Program-made: the position numbers and the translations under genes
Shown here: positions 63,213 through 64,000 of the stretch, piece after piece
Numbering within the stretch: the stretch's first letter is position 1
Layout: every line of letters begins with the position of its first letter
The notes under the pieces: model-generated
What the model was told of the DNA's origin: nothing
Seen by the model: only the letters and a program-made list of their open reading frames with translations
Database searches by the model: none
DNA from: an uncultured cyanobacterium
GTDB lineage: Bacteria; Cyanobacteriota; Cyanobacteriia; Cyanobacteriales; Nostocaceae
Assembly: GCA_963740315.1 (NCBI GenBank)
Contig: CAVUDP010000003.1
Span: forward strand, 160,001 to 224,000
Reading direction: 5' to 3'
Length of the DNA: 64,000 nt

Positions 63213-64000
<788 letters not shown>

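Overview
64 kb of AT-rich, HIP1 (GCGATCGC)-rich chromosome from a filamentous, probably heterocyst-forming cyanobacterium (Nostocales; Rivularia/Calothrix-like by impression, not database-checked). Most of it is housekeeping: ndbB, moeA, mtnA, dxs, rpiA, yidD, aroQ, topA, rbp, ndhB, lipA, psaX, larE, comEC, glyQ, tRNA-Ser(CGA) and the 5' part of a 16S rRNA gene. The most interesting accessory block is 27-38 kb. It holds a three-gene surface operon (small DUF11/SdrD-like protein, giant outer-membrane barrel, large Gly-rich DUF11 exoprotein) whose motifs suggest a donor-strand, isopeptide-linked adhesin or fibre. Upstream lie an HTH-AAA-degenerate-GGDEF gene and a divergent hetP-like gene with a HetR-box-like palindrome. 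Other points: a glutamine riboswitch and NtcA-like box ahead of a DUF4278-PirA-like fusion; a TPS exoprotein with 11 x 195-bp hierarchical repeats; three pseudogenes; two small ORFs missed by the ORF track; a 352-bp tandem duplication starting inside a HIP1 site; and many nested REP/MITE elements, one with both filled and empty alleles in the window. No CRISPR array, integrase or transposase was seen. All family assignments come from motif recognition, not database searches.
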